Source: Candidatus Woesearchaeota archaeon (GTDB taxonomy: Archaea > Nanobdellota > Nanobdellia > Pacearchaeales > GW2011-AR1). Taken from it: a stretch of 64,000 nucleotides of DNA. The position numbers were made by a program, and so were the translations under genes. Below, in pieces: positions 62,864 to 64,000 of the stretch. The stretch spans positions 8,668 through 72,667 of the forward strand of contig CAZGQV010000003.1 of assembly GCA_964527365.1 (NCBI GenBank). The letters are read 5' to 3'. Under the pieces are notes generated by a model. That model had not been told where the DNA came from. It did not search any database and was given only the letters and a program-made list of their open reading frames with translations. How positions within the stretch are numbered: the stretch's first letter is position 1; every line of letters starts with the position of its first letter.

Positions 62864-64000
62864 TCATTTCCAAACCTTGGAAACTCCCGAACGATAATCA
62901 TAACAAATTTCTCCAATAGGAAAAATATCCCCTTCTGGAGTAGTTGACATCAAATCCGTTCCATCAATATTTTTAATACATAAATTTCCAGCTGTGCAAG
63001 CTTGGCTCATTTTTGTAAAAGTTCCTAAAGTCACCAGATCACAAGTTGAATTAATATAAGAATTTGTAACCCCATTTGTGAAATTATTAATGACAAATGA
63101 TCCAGAAGGAGCAGTTAATGGTCCATCTTCTCTCATCCAAATTTCTCCATAAAGAATTACAAATCCAGAAGTATTAATCGCAAAACAAACATCTCCTGCA
63201 GTATTTTTAATTTCAAAAACATCTTGACCATCAAAATTAGCAGGACACCCACTAGCGGGAGCAACACAAGCGCCAGCAGTACAATTATCACTTGCACAAT
63301 TATCATCATCACAACAACTTTGTCCAGTAGTTCTAGAACTATCAATAACACAACCTAAAGAATATGTGTTACAAACTAAACCATTTGTAGTATATCCTGT
63401 AGAACCCACATCACTATCACAAACATTCCCATTAGAACAAGAAGTCATTGTTCCATAATAATTAGTACCAGTATAACAAACGTCAACAGTATCACAACTC
63501 CCTTCAAAAACACAAACTCCATCTTGCTCATAACTTGATCCAACATTTGAATCACAAGAATATTCTGAAGTATAACCACACAAAGAACAATTTTTCTTAT
63601 AAACTCCCCCAGAACCAATACATACATCTCCTGAATCACAATCAACATCTGTAGTTGCAACTCCATCATATGCACAAATTCCATTATTATGATAAGCTGG
63701 ACCAACATCAGCATCACATTCATAAGCTGAATTAGGTTGAGCATCATTTTCAATCTCATAACAATCAGTATATCTTAATCCGGCAGAACTGGGACTAGCA
63801 ACTTCATCTTTATCACAAGACCAAGTCCCAGCATAATTTCTTGCACAAGTTCCACTTTGATAATTATCATAGGTATTCGAATTATCACTACACCGATCAT
63901 CATTAAAAGTAGAATTACAACCAGACCAACAAACCGCTTCAATACAAAATCCCCCAGTACATTCATCCCCATAAGTACACGATTCTCCATTCGATAAAAG
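62864..64000 (-). CDS. Cys-rich extracellular protein (5' end runs off the window)
   Basis: Frame read manually and open to base 64000; dense Cys/Asp/Gly repeats; three C-terminal F.I.N..G repeats. Confidence 0.75.
   Translation of the reverse strand, partial: LLSNGESCTYGDECTGGFCIEAVCWSGCNSTFNDDRCSDNSNTYDNYQSGTCARNYAGTWSCDKDEVASPSSAGLRYTDCYEIENDAQPNSAYECDADVGPAYHNNGICAYDGVATTDVDCDSGDVCIGSGGVYKKNCSLCGYTSEYSCDSNVGSSYEQDGVCVFEGSCDTVDVCYTGTNYYGTMTSCSNGNVCDSDVGSTGYTTNGLVCNTYSLGCVIDSSRTTGQSCCDDDNCASDNCTAGACVAPASGCPANFDGQDVFEIKNTAGDVCFAINTSGFVILYGEIWMREDGPLTAPSGSFVINNFTNGVTNSYINSTCDLVTLGTFTKMSQACTAGNLCIKNIDGTDLMSTTPEGDIFPIGEICYDYRSGVSKVWK

Noticed and set aside
63157..63990. Short Val/Met/Leu-rich minus-strand ORFs
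   Set aside because: Alternate-frame shadows of the Cys-rich gene, whose frame is open to the window end

Overview
AT-rich chromosomal segment of a DPANN archaeon. The gene content and mostly leaderless genes with a TTTATA box about 25-30 bp upstream fit Pacearchaeota/Woesearchaeota; the taxon is an inference. Archaeal core genes: rps6e, eIF2-gamma, hisS with an adjacent tRNA-His, dph6, scpA, rps27ae-rps24e-spt4-rpoE1-PIN, rpl7ae-rps28e-rpl24e, kae1 and ychF. Bacterial-type genes are mixed in: gyrB/gyrA, csp, two RRM proteins, xth, iscS/iscU, ahpC, SWIM-SNF2 and GH3 proteins, together with many single ORFans. I saw no CRISPR array, rRNA, integrase or transposase. Most notable observations: (1) a cluster of at least five surface-protein genes at the right end, three of which share a C-terminal LD-x-x-A-x-QP-x-G-x-Y-x-N domain, resembling a WxL/donor-strand filament system; (2) accessory genes repeatedly bracketed by short direct repeats that copy the end or promoter of a neighbouring gene; (3) a shared ATATGAA-N6-TTCATAT operator linking a Cys-rich ArsR to iscS, iscU, ahpC and possibly tauE; (4) several compact structured-RNA candidates; (5) an unknown ORF translationally coupled inside the L7Ae-S28e-L24e operon. 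All family calls come from motif recognition by eye; no searches were run.
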